This document shows positions 21,897 through 32,000 of a stretch of DNA of 64,000 nt, piece by piece (the first letter of the stretch is position 1; every line of letters begins with the position of its first letter). The notes below the pieces were generated by a model, which worked only from the letters and a program-made list of their open reading frames with translations, had not been told where the DNA came from and made no database searches. Source of the stretch: Perkinsela sp. CCAP 1560/9 (lineage: Eukaryota > Protista > Euglenozoa: Kinetoplastea); assembly GCA_965644495.1 (NCBI GenBank), contig CBFFSA010000009.1, positions 558,001 through 622,000 of the forward strand, read 5' to 3'. The position numbers and the translations under genes were made by a program.

Positions 21897-23126
21897 GGTG
21901 AAACTGAACCAATATTCGCACTTTTCTCAATCTGGCAAAATTTTTACCTGAACGTTTTATCGCTCCTTTCTTTTATTCTGAATCATGGTTCTGCACATTA
22001 ATTTTATATAAGCATTGTGTTTTTTGAATCCATTAGTACTTGTTTATTGCTCTTCTCACCTTTTAATGACGTGCACTGGGTGCGGTGGGTTCTCGTGCCG
22101 TTCGAAACTTACGATCAGAAGAATTTCTTCCTGGAGTGAGAATCAATGTCTGGACTGGATGAAAAACCACTCTCTAGTGGCGCAGAAAGTTATTTGCTAC
22201 AAGAAAAATCACAGAGCTCCGCACACCATGGCATTAGTCGGGAATAAATGGGTCTGCCCCAAGCATTGTAAAGGGAGGTACGGAGCTATGGGGCCGCTGT
22301 TGCCCAGCAAGAGCCAGCGAAGTGCTAAACAGACTCTCCTGTACATCGTTTTGTACTCTAGGGGTGGGCGCCATGCGTCTTCAGTGGCGGAAACGGAGTT
22401 AAGCGAAAAAACGGTGATTAAATTGCGTCAATGGCTGGATTCCCTCATGGCCACAACGCATATACGCCGACGAGTTCGACTGCGATCCAAGGTGACCACC
22501 ATGCAATGCGATGAAACTTTTTTTTCTGTCCGAAAGAGGGGCGGTTGCCATCGAGCAAAACGTGTTCGCCAAGATGGTAATCAAATTGCTCAGACGATAG
22601 CGGTCACAACGAGGGACAACAAATTATCTGAAATTCTCATGGAAGCTGTTCCAAATCGAACATCTCAGAGCCTTCTTCCGAACATCCAGAATCTAGCTTC
22701 GGGAAGTCGTACAAAAATTTGGACTGATGGTGCCCGCCATAATTTGTCTCTCCGCGGCAAATATAAGTGGGAAAGTGTAAACCACAAGAGACAGTGGGTT
22801 ACGAATGAAGGTGTGCACACTAATACTGTGGAGTGCGCGAACTCCATGGTCAAGAAGCGTCTAAAGCGGGACGGCAATGTTCTAGGTCGAAAGTTGGAGA
22901 AGAGGGGGGATCGAATACAAGCATACGCAGAGGTATGTACCGGAAGTTTGAAGTGCAATGGGGGTGATACACTGCTTCAAGTCTTACAAAATTTGAAGGA
23001 GCACTGCGTATGCCTCCATTTGTAAGAAGTAATCAAGTTTAAGTGGAGAAAAGTTTAAAGTGTAAGCAAAAAGGGACGTGAAATTTTGAAAATTCATAAA
23101 TTTGCGAATATTGGTTCAGTTTAACC
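21897..23126 (+). mobile_element. Intact Merlin (IS1595/IS1016-like) transposon
   Basis: 24-bp TIR GGT(G/T)AAACTGAACCAATATTCGCA; 8-bp TSD AACTTTGT at 21889-21896 and 23127-23134. Confidence 0.95.
22066..23025 (+). CDS. Merlin/IS1595 DDE transposase
   Basis: QCDETFF, VPNRTSQSL, IWTDG, VNHK, GVHTNTVE; N-terminal Cys motifs. Confidence 0.92.
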   Translation: MTCTGCGGFSCRSKLTIRRISSWSENQCLDWMKNHSLVAQKVICYKKNHRAPHTMALVGNKWVCPKHCKGRYGAMGPLLPSKSQRSAKQTLLYIVLYSRGGRHASSVAETELSEKTVIKLRQWLDSLMATTHIRRRVRLRSKVTTMQCDETFFSVRKRGGCHRAKRVRQDGNQIAQTIAVTTRDNKLSEILMEAVPNRTSQSLLPNIQNLASGSRTKIWTDGARHNLSLRGKYKWESVNHKRQWVTNEGVHTNTVECANSMVKKRLKRDGNVLGRKLEKRGDRIQAYAEVCTGSLKCNGGDTLLQVLQNLKEHCVCLHL

Positions 23127-23718
23127 AACTTTGTTAATCCCTGAGAAAGACTCTCCAATTGAAGTTCCCCGGTCAGATAGTTACACTGAGTACGATGCCC
23201 TCCGCATTCAAAAAAAATCAAAGAAGCAGGGGTATTTTCCCAATGCATCGGGCCGCGCAGCTCAAGAGCGTTCCATTGAATCGCAGTCACTTCGCCGGAT
23301 GGGTCTAAATGTACACCAGGCCATTCGCTGGCTGGGATTTCGTCCCTCCATTCAATCGGAGTGTTTAGCAGATCTTTAACCATACGAAATAAGTAAAACT
23401 CCGGAGGTAGCGTTGCGCGTGAGACTTTCCCACAGCGTGAAATTCGTGGCTCTTCCTCAGCGCAAGAGTACAGCAGAATCATAAAAAAATCTATGCGTTA
23501 ATGAACATAGTGATGGGAGTAAAAATGTAACCGTTTATACGCCGAGGTGGAACTCAAGCTGAGTCTAAAAAAATGTCAAAATACAAATTTCGGAAAAGGC
23601 TTACAAGCAATCGTATTACTTTCATCTATGTAGGCTTTTTACAATAAAAATACTGCACAACATAGGATCTTATTCCTAAATACAGTGGAGCGCTTCGCAA
23701 CTATTTCCCATTTTATGA

Positions 23719-24052
23719 CTACTCCTCTTCTCATTAATTTCTATAAATGCCATTCCTAATTTTTCAGAAAAAAATTATCGATCTTCAAAAAATTATATTT
23801 TTAAAAAGAAAACAGGAAAAACTAGGATAGAGGGGAGAACACCGCAGAAAAAATTGACCCTCAATTTCGACAAGGGCTTTGTATCTCACGCTCCGCGATA
23901 GCTTATCGCAGAAAAATAGCGTTTTTCCATCAGGCAGGATCATTAATCAGGACTTTTTGCCTAACCATTCTCATTAATTTCTATAAATATAAATATAAAT
24001 ATAAATTTTCTTTTTTGTTATAATTTATAGAAATTAATGAGAGGAGGAGTAG
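23719..24052. mobile_element. MITE
   Basis: TIR CTACTCCTC.TCTCATTAATTTCTATAAAT; related end near 25543. Confidence 0.7.
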
Positions 24053-24691
24053 TAGTACAGAAACTTCAGTAGTACAACTTCAGCAGAAGCAGAAGCAACT
24101 GAGGTGTTGATCCCACCTTCGTTATCGTTGACGGAGGCAATTTGGGAAGCGTATCGTTTTCTGCGGTACGACACTCCTTACGGGATCCCCTTTGTAGTTG
24201 CGTTGATGCATGGGGCGGCGGAGCTTTTGTTTCAGAATACTCTTCTTGAGTTTGTGGATATGGAATTTACGAATAAGAGCAAGCCGGAACGTTCTACTAT
24301 CGCCCAGCAGCTCATGGAGGCGCGAAAAGCACCTCGGAAAGTATTTCCTGACAGCGTATGGAGGCCTCTTCGATATCCGACTTGTTCGGATGCTGGAGAG
24401 ACCACCTCCTTCGTGTGGTCGGCCCCTTCAGTGGGGTGTGCCTGATTCTCCATGAAAGTGCCTTTTTTCTGGCCTTCGTGGTGCCAGGCCTGCCATGGTG
24501 CGTCTACTGCGCCGTGATAATGGCGGGTTGGTGGACCCTCTCTGGGTAAACCCAGATTAGGAATGCCAACCCTCACAATTTGTCATACGACAATATCGAT
24601 GGTGTTCGGTATATACGAAAAGCCCCTTCCTTTATGCAATACGTTGAGAAGGGGTCAGGTGTAGAATTTTACCCCAAAAAGGCACAGCACC

Positions 24692-25093
24692 ATGATAAGG
24701 CTTCTCAAGGAAACTTTCCAGTGGAATGGGGATTTGCCTATGCATATCACAAAGGCTGTGTGGCCCTCAACACAATTAATTAAGAGCAAAGAGAAAGTAA
24801 AAGATACGGAACTTGAACTTAAAAAAGCAAAAAAGGAGTTGGAGTCCGAGTACACGGATCTCGACCCCTTTTCGATCACCGTGAAATGCATTCCTGTGGA
24901 AGTGAGCAAGGAAAGTTTTCGAACGTTTTTTTCGTCCTTCGGAACGATAGTCAAAATGACCCTTCTGTCTAACAAACATCTCGCCTTTGTTTGTTATGAA
25001 ACAATCGAAGAGGCGAAACGTGCTGAACACGCATGCCGATGCATGCAAGTGCATCTAAAAGGAAAAAGAAAAAAGCGGAAGGAACGGGATTAA
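24692..25093 (+). pseudogene. Coiled-coil + RRM fragment, antisense to the gene cluster
   Basis: ITVKCIP...FRTFFSSFGTIV...LAFVCYETIEEAKRA; the same frame upstream contains stops. Confidence 0.6.
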
Positions 25094-25809
25094 GATTGGT
25101 AAGGAGTCAAGGGTTCGAAAGCAGATTTTTTAATAGATAAATTTTACTGTTTTTCTGGGATTTTTTCCTTGCACGTTTCCTTATTTTATTTTTTATCCAC
25201 TTTTTCCGCATCATACTTTTTTTTATAAAACGCATACAATTTTTTTTAGCACGTCATGTCGATCGTAGTCATTTAGTATAGGGGTGAGAAAGTAAAAGCA
25301 TGACCCTACATGTGTTTCTTTTAGTGTATTGTAAAAGTGTTGTTAAACCTCTTGTTTTCAGTGCAAAGCGCACTGCAGTTTATTGTCCTACAGAACGTTT
25401 CTATTTTATTCGATTTCTACACCTTCTTTGAAAATGGTATTATTTCCTATCGAGCGCTTTCTGATGAATTGGTCTGAACTGGGCCGAGTAAACAAGTGGA
25501 AATACTAGAAAACACCATTAGGTGCCAGTAGCCCCTACCGAGCTACTCCCCCTCTCATTAATAATTATAAGGCTCCAAAACTCATTAAAGGGTTCGTTTA
25601 TAGAAATTTAATGAGATTATAATTCTGAGTCTCACTTCTATAATTATAAACCTCAAATTCTTCATTTTTTATCTAGAAAGACACCTGTACGACATACTTT
25701 GCACTAAAAACTGTTTCCAAGTTGAACGAATTGTCTCGAAAATCAAGAATTTCAAGTCCATAATAAGAAAAAATCACTTTTCGAATCTCATTAATAATTA
25801 TAAACCATA

Positions 25810-26835
25810 CAGTAAACGTCACTATTCTCAGAATGCTCAGTTGTACGTTGACACAGAAAAAACGGCTTTTTCGTCACTATTCTCAGAATTGGTCTGTTGA
25901 ACGTTGACAGGCACTTTTTCATGAGGTCGAATCATAATTCCCATTTTTAAAAAAGAAAACGCTTTGCATGAAAAACGGTAGCAGTGGAGCAACAGGCCGC
26001 TTTGGGTGCACAAAAATGACCCCCAGAGATCTCCAACTATCTCATTGGTTTGTGGAGTCGCCGCTCTATCAGAAGAACACCGCGCAGTCAAACAGCGCCA
26101 GTTTTCCTTTTGTGTAATAGCGTTTTGTTTTCAGAAAAACAAAGTTTCATTATTCGTAGTCACCTAAATCAATGTTTTCTTTTCTTTTTTAGGCTCACTA
26201 AGATATTTATGTGCCTTTCATGAATGGAAGAAGAGAAGGGACAACGATCAAAATGATCTCCAGTGATCCTCTGTGATCCCAATCTATCTCCACCTACCTA
26301 TAGCCCCCAGTAATAGAATCGATTTTGGACCATAAAGGCCAAATATTTGTTACTGGGTGGGGTATGCTTTAGGCCTTTTTCGTTCATGAGTGCGTTGATC
26401 TTCTGTCCAGCCAACCCCGAAACCACGCGATTCGGTACTGCACAACCACCCTCTTCCCGTCCAGACACCCCCCCTCCAACAACCCTCCCGAGACAAATCC
26501 TTGTTACTGTGTGTCGGCCCAAAAATGGCGAAATCTCTGCTACTGGGGGGTCCATTACTGGGGGGGTATACGGTATCCCCAGTGATTTCCACCGATCTCT
26601 CGCATACTCTGCAGTGAGTGAAGATGAAGCAGTGAGTTAAGCAGTGAAAGAACGAAAGAGTTTGTTTTTGCAATTCTCATTCTTGAGTGTAAAATTGAAT
26701 TGAACGTTGACACATGACCGAAGCTCCATTCTCATTTTCCAAGGTGCATTCTCATTTTAGCCAGTTGTACGTTGACAGCCCAATTCTCGCGACTCTCAGA
26801 ATGGTTTGCGACTCTCAGAATGGTGACGTTTACTG
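25810..26835. mobile_element. Non-autonomous Tc1/pogo-type element
   Basis: TIR CAGTAAACGTCAC.ATTCT.AGA; TA TSD at 25808-25809 and 26836-26837. Confidence 0.8.
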
Positions 26836-26989
26836 TAATTATAAATATAAACTAAAAAGGTTTATAGATTATATTTTTTTTTCCAAATATATATTTATAT
26901 TTTCACCCCCGCTCCTAATTGTACTTACACATGGAAAAGAAAAATGTTTAATTGTGCTTAATGACGCTTAGTTTACTCGGAGCGAAGTC

Positions 26990-27700
26990 CAGGGTATGGC
27001 CGTCCTCAGGGTGTGGGACGGCTCAGCGGCCTCCTTCCCAACGTAGGAGGGTACCAAGGGGTTGACAATGGTTACATCAACGAGGACGGTTTTCCGCCCC
27101 AGCTGAAAGCTTATATCCGGACCCCGCCCGTTGTCGAACTGGGGTTCACACAGGTCCGGATTAAACCCGGAGGAGGTTCCTTAATGTTTAGGAGGAGGTT
27201 CCTTAATGTTTCCTTGCCCCCTTGTGGCGGGAGGCCTGGGTTTTACCCTTAACTTTTTTGCAATCCAGTGCGTGGATGCAAAACTCCTTATTACGGAGGG
27301 TTGCTCCACACACGCACTGGAGTTCCGGTTCCGAAGTAGGCCCACCCAGATACCGGAGGCGGGCTGCAGTTTCCCACTGCGGGTCCCGTATATACATATG
27401 TATATATAAAGTTTGTATGTAGTATACATATATGTAGTACTCCGGCCGGTTGGGCCAGGCATTTATCCATTTGGTGGAGTGTATATCCTGAATCTGTCTC
27501 ATGCAGACCAACTGGGTAGCAGTGGGTGATTTCCCCATGGCCGCCTCACACAGGAGGTGGCGCTGCTCCTTGGCCGGCTCCCCTGGGGGTAGACCTTGCA
27601 GGGCGTTTTTAGCCTTGGCCTGCATGTCCACGGCTTTGTGCTCGAAGAGGATGGTCCCCAGGAAGTCCGCCGTAAAAAGGTTGTTCGAAAACGGCGTGTT
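26990..27700 (-). pseudogene. CRE-like retrotransposon C-terminal relic (zinc knuckle + REL endonuclease)
   Basis: WINAWP...CVCG...HALDC...SRH; GRGPDISF...VLVDVTIVNP. Confidence 0.75.
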
Positions 27701-27789
27701 TCCCAAGGAATTATTATTGATTTTTTGGAGAATTGATTTCCTTTTTAGTCGCTCCTTTACTGTAAAGGAGTGTAAATTACAGTCGTTCC

Positions 27790-27895
27790 TCTAGTCGCTC
27801 CTTTACACGCGGAGGTAGTTTTCAACTCGAAACGCGCAGCAGTGCTAGCCTCTAAGTTGAAAACAACCACTGCTTATAACGAAGCGACTAAACAT
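27790..27895. repeat. Solo ~100-bp palindromic repeat
   Basis: ACGCGG.GGTAGTTTTCAAC...GTTGAAAACAACCAC...TAACGAAG. Confidence 0.75.
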
Positions 27896-27911
27896 GATTA
27901 CTGTTGTGTAC

Positions 27912-28670
27912 CTATACCATCGCCGTTGTATTTGAGGGAACACCGTCGGAATGCCGCACCACGGCGCCATAAATCTTATACCCTACCAGAAAACAGAGTG
28001 CTAAAATCAGCAAACACAAGGTCGTCATAAAAAATTTATCGGAGGCAAGAGAGCGGACAAACCACTGCAACTCCCGTCGCACGCGGCGTAAATGACTTTG
28101 CATTCGGTCCAGCTCTCGATCCACCTCCAGTAGTGTCTCCCGTTGCTGTTGCAGACCCTTGGCCGCCTCTATAGCGTGTTCCTCTGAGCGCTGCACGAGG
28201 CATTGTGAGCGATGCAGTGAGGCGAGCGTGTCTTGCTGCACCTCCCCAGCCTGCATCAGTGTCTTCCATGCCGAGGGCTGATTCGAGGGTTGATTGACGC
28301 CAGCGGAAAAGGGTTTGATAGGGGTGATTGGTTTCGTTGGGGATGTGGATTCAGGAGGTGTCGGGCTAGAGAGTTCCACGGTGGCCGTCGACAAAGGGGC
28401 TGCACTCCGCTCGCGGAGAAGCGTTTCGAGTTCTCGTAGTTTCTTTTGATGTTCCTGTTGTTTGGCCTCGTATTGCTTAACTCTTTTCGGGGAATCGCAG
28501 CGGTGAAGGGCAATTTGGAGTTCAATGAGCTCTGATTTAATGAATTTTCGGGCAGGCTGATAAGTGAGATAGTCAAGATTGGGTTGAACGTCTGGTGAAA
28601 TTAGACTCTTTTCCCATTCTGCAAGAGCATCTGTGATACGTGTGTCGTGGTAGTCCAAATCATCTGACAT
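27912..28670 (-). CDS. Qb-SNARE, NPSN-like
   Basis: SNARE heptads with central Q (LQQQRETL), SLASDKF motif, C-terminal transmembrane helix. Confidence 0.8.
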   Translation of the reverse strand: MSDDLDYHDTRITDALAEWEKSLISPDVQPNLDYLTYQPARKFIKSELIELQIALHRCDSPKRVKQYEAKQQEHQKKLRELETLLRERSAAPLSTATVELSSPTPPESTSPTKPITPIKPFSAGVNQPSNQPSAWKTLMQAGEVQQDTLASLHRSQCLVQRSEEHAIEAAKGLQQQRETLLEVDRELDRMQSHLRRVRRELQWFVRSLASDKFFMTTLCLLILALCFLVGYKIYGAVVRHSDGVPSNTTAMV

Positions 28671-29018
28671 AGGTATCACAGTAAAATGTTGAAATTCGTA
28701 AAACTTCGTATCTAACAGAACCCATGGTTCTATTGTAAAACGAAAAAATGTTCAGTTTCAAAAGTACTGTGCATCGGTCTATTCTTTTAAATTTTAAGAC
28801 ACAAACTTCTGTCGCTCCATTTAATAGTGTACAGACTCAATGCATCATCAGTAAACCCTTATTCAGAGAATTTTGGTACGATTCAATGCAAACGGGCACG
28901 TAAAAGCAATCAAATACCGGAGAACAGTCCTAGCGGGGGCCGTAGAGACTACAGCGTCATTCCACAAACGTGTTTTCCCATCGCTTTCCGGCACAAGACA
29001 CAACTACACCAGTTGACC

Positions 29019-32000
29019 CTACCTTCTTTCTCCTCCATCTCTACCCTCCACACGCCGCCGCAGCAACAACTTACACCGCGCCACGAGGTGATACAACGTC
29101 GCATGACGCGTTCCCTTCCCCCCTTCCAACAGATACCACCCCTGTTTTAACACACAAAACGGGTACCACACAAAGTGTCGTCTCCGGCTTCCGGGGTCCA
29201 GCGCCACAAACGCCAGACGCAGCGGGGATCCTGCGGAGCAATACAGCCGCCACGGCACCGAGGCCTTCTCTCTCACCTCCGCCACCAACGCCTTCTCCAC
29301 CTCTTGCCGCCGTGTCACGCAACACAACGCGGGGTGACGCTGCAGCTCTCTAAACCGCAGGCACAGCGTGGAGACGTACTCCATGTTCACATGGTCCACG
29401 TCCTCAAAGGAGTGACGGGTGCCATCGGGCTCCACCAGCCCATACCCCACGCCATGGGGGGTACGCTCCTCCGAGACCCGGGCATGCACCACATGCGCCG
29501 GGCTCAGCTGGAAGGACAGCACAAAGAGGTTTTTCTCACTGTACCGTACCAGCAACTGTCCTACGGCAGCTGCCGACGAATTTCCACTCGCCTTCTGCAG
29601 CATCGCCTCGGCTTCCGCTCCACTACGACAGTGTGGGCGAAACAACGGGTGGGTCGTTGCCTTATAGGCAAACATCCGCGCTGCTCTTTTCCTCGCCTCC
29701 GCGTTCCGCCGAATTGTGGTCGGCACCCACGAGTGGTCCCGGGAGCTGCGCACGGGGCGTCGAAGGTCCCGATTCCCCCGCAGCCCCCCACTCGGGCCTA
29801 GCCTCATCCTGTTTTCCGCCCCCTCCTCCCGCGGGGCCCGGAACGTTGCCCCCCGCAGTGCCTCCTTGTTCTCACAGCACCGCACGTCCCACGCGAGGGT
29901 GAGCGCCAGCCTGCGGTAGTTCACCTGCAGCAGCTCCCCCTCCAGGGTGTCCCCGACCCGGAGCAGCGGCTCCTCCCGGGCCAGCCCCTCCAGCCACAGC
30001 GCCTGGGCCGCGACGTTGTCCTCCTCGGGGGAGTCCGCGAAGCTGCGGGCCGCACACAGGTGGCGCCGTGCAATCAGCCCCGGGAGCAGCCGGTTGGTTT
30101 GGGTCACGATGAGGTCCGCGCTGATGTGGAGGACCTGGCACGCGACACGCTCCCCTTGGCGAAGGACGGTGCCGGGGGGAGGGGAGGGGGTGCCTTGGAC
30201 CGTGGCACGAAGGGAGAGCGTGTTGGGGTTCTCATCGTTACCGTTGTTACTATTACTACGGTTACTCGTGTTGGTCCCCACCGCCCCGTCTTGGGGCTGA
30301 AACGTCACACGGCACATGGACTCAAAAAAGCGGATTTGGGTGACTTTGCGGAAACTGCGGAGGTGGACGGAGCGTCGTGTGAGGTGGGTAAGTTCGTCAA
30401 GGACGAATTCGAGATCACGCCCGTGGAGGGGGGAGGGGGGCGCCATAGCGGTGAAGGTGGATAGGGAAAGGGTGGGGGAGAGTTCACGCAGGCGAGAGCG
30501 TAGTTGGGAGGGTGCTAGAGTGGCGATGTAGGGTAGTGCTTTCTGTAGATCCCACGGGGCGGTTGTCATGGTTGTTGTGGAAAATCTTGTGGAAATCCCC
30601 TCAACAGCAGCGTCAGTGGTTGTGACATCCGGGTGAGCGATGCGTCGCAAGATTTCAGCCACTTGAGGGTAGTGTTCGGGATGAATCCGAGTGCTATCTA
30701 AAAGAGCATGCAAAGGATCAATGGCAGCATCGTCGTCTGTTTGCTCTTCCTGTTCCTCGTCCCGGCGTTTGATTTTTGCACCTCCAGGGTATGTACGAAT
30801 ACAGGCAATGGCGTTTCTGCCAACAGTAGTTTCACCTTCGAACTGTCTCTGTAAATGTCTTCGTTTGGTCGCTATCTCGGGATTCTCCCGCAGGGCAGCA
30901 CAAAACTCGCGTGTTTTCCATGGCCCGAGCCCGGAGACGAACTGAAGCACGGATTCCGGTTCCCCTGTGGCGAGCAGCTCCCCGATGCTCACCCCGGTGG
31001 CACTCACCCACAGCGATAGCATCTCATCAACCCGACGACGCAAGTCAATGCGGGGCAGCAAGTGTTGGTCCTCGTGAAGGGTTAGATCGAGAATATCATT
31101 TTGCGTGTTACACAGCCGCGCCATTTCATACATCGGGGAGCGCAGTCGACGGGCCAGAGCAATGGCCATACGCTCCTGGCGGCTCAGTGAGGGGAATTCC
31201 TTGTCCGCGGCGATGGAGTTGGTATAACACGTTGCCAGGTCAGTAGGGGTCCATATTACCTCGGTTGACTGGGATTGGAAGAACTCCTGCAGCGTGGCAA
31301 AGACACTTTGCGTGGTTCTGGACGAGTTGTGCGCCCCGGGCGTGAGTCCTACAGCGATTGCATGGGGGGGATACTCCTCCATGTAGCGGCTAAGCTCCTC
31401 CAGCTGCTGCTCCTTGACACGGATGGAGTACGGATTGTCCCCACGCAAGGAGGGCCAGCGCCACGTACGAATCAACAGGCCAGACTCACTGAGTTGCGCG
31501 AAAATAACAGGGTCGTGTGCTGTGGGGACGTAGACACCGAGAATACGAGGGGAGTAATCTGAGGGGTTGTCGAATGCCTCGCTAAACTCACTGCTGGGAA
31601 GGGACTCCATGGATTCCCAGTTGTATTCCCAGGTATCCTCGAGATGAGGCGCCTCTACTTTTTCCGTCGGTGGTAAAGTCACTTTGTGGTAACCCCTTTC
31701 CCAGAGAATGGCTTCCATACGGCTGAGCACGCTATCCATGACGTGCCACTGTGCAATCTCCAACAGATGGGAACGCATGGTTGTGTTGAGGTGACGTTGA
31801 ATCTCGCGGATCAGTGCGGGTTGAATGGCCGTGCGTAATTCATTCCACGCACGAGAAATCTCATCGTCGTAGGGGGCTACAAAAAACGAGTCCAGACGCA
31901 ACAGGTCGTTCCACGTGTTCTCGGAAAGGGTAAATCGAAAGTGGATGCTTGGATCGTGCAACAGGGAGAGCAGTCCTTCCGGTTCTTTGCACAGACGAGA

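Larger units (their letters stand above)
21666..23482 (-). pseudogene. LRR gene disrupted by a Merlin transposon
   Basis: Removing the element and one TSD restores LSQGLTKL|DLSKNELRG in frame. Confidence 0.9.
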
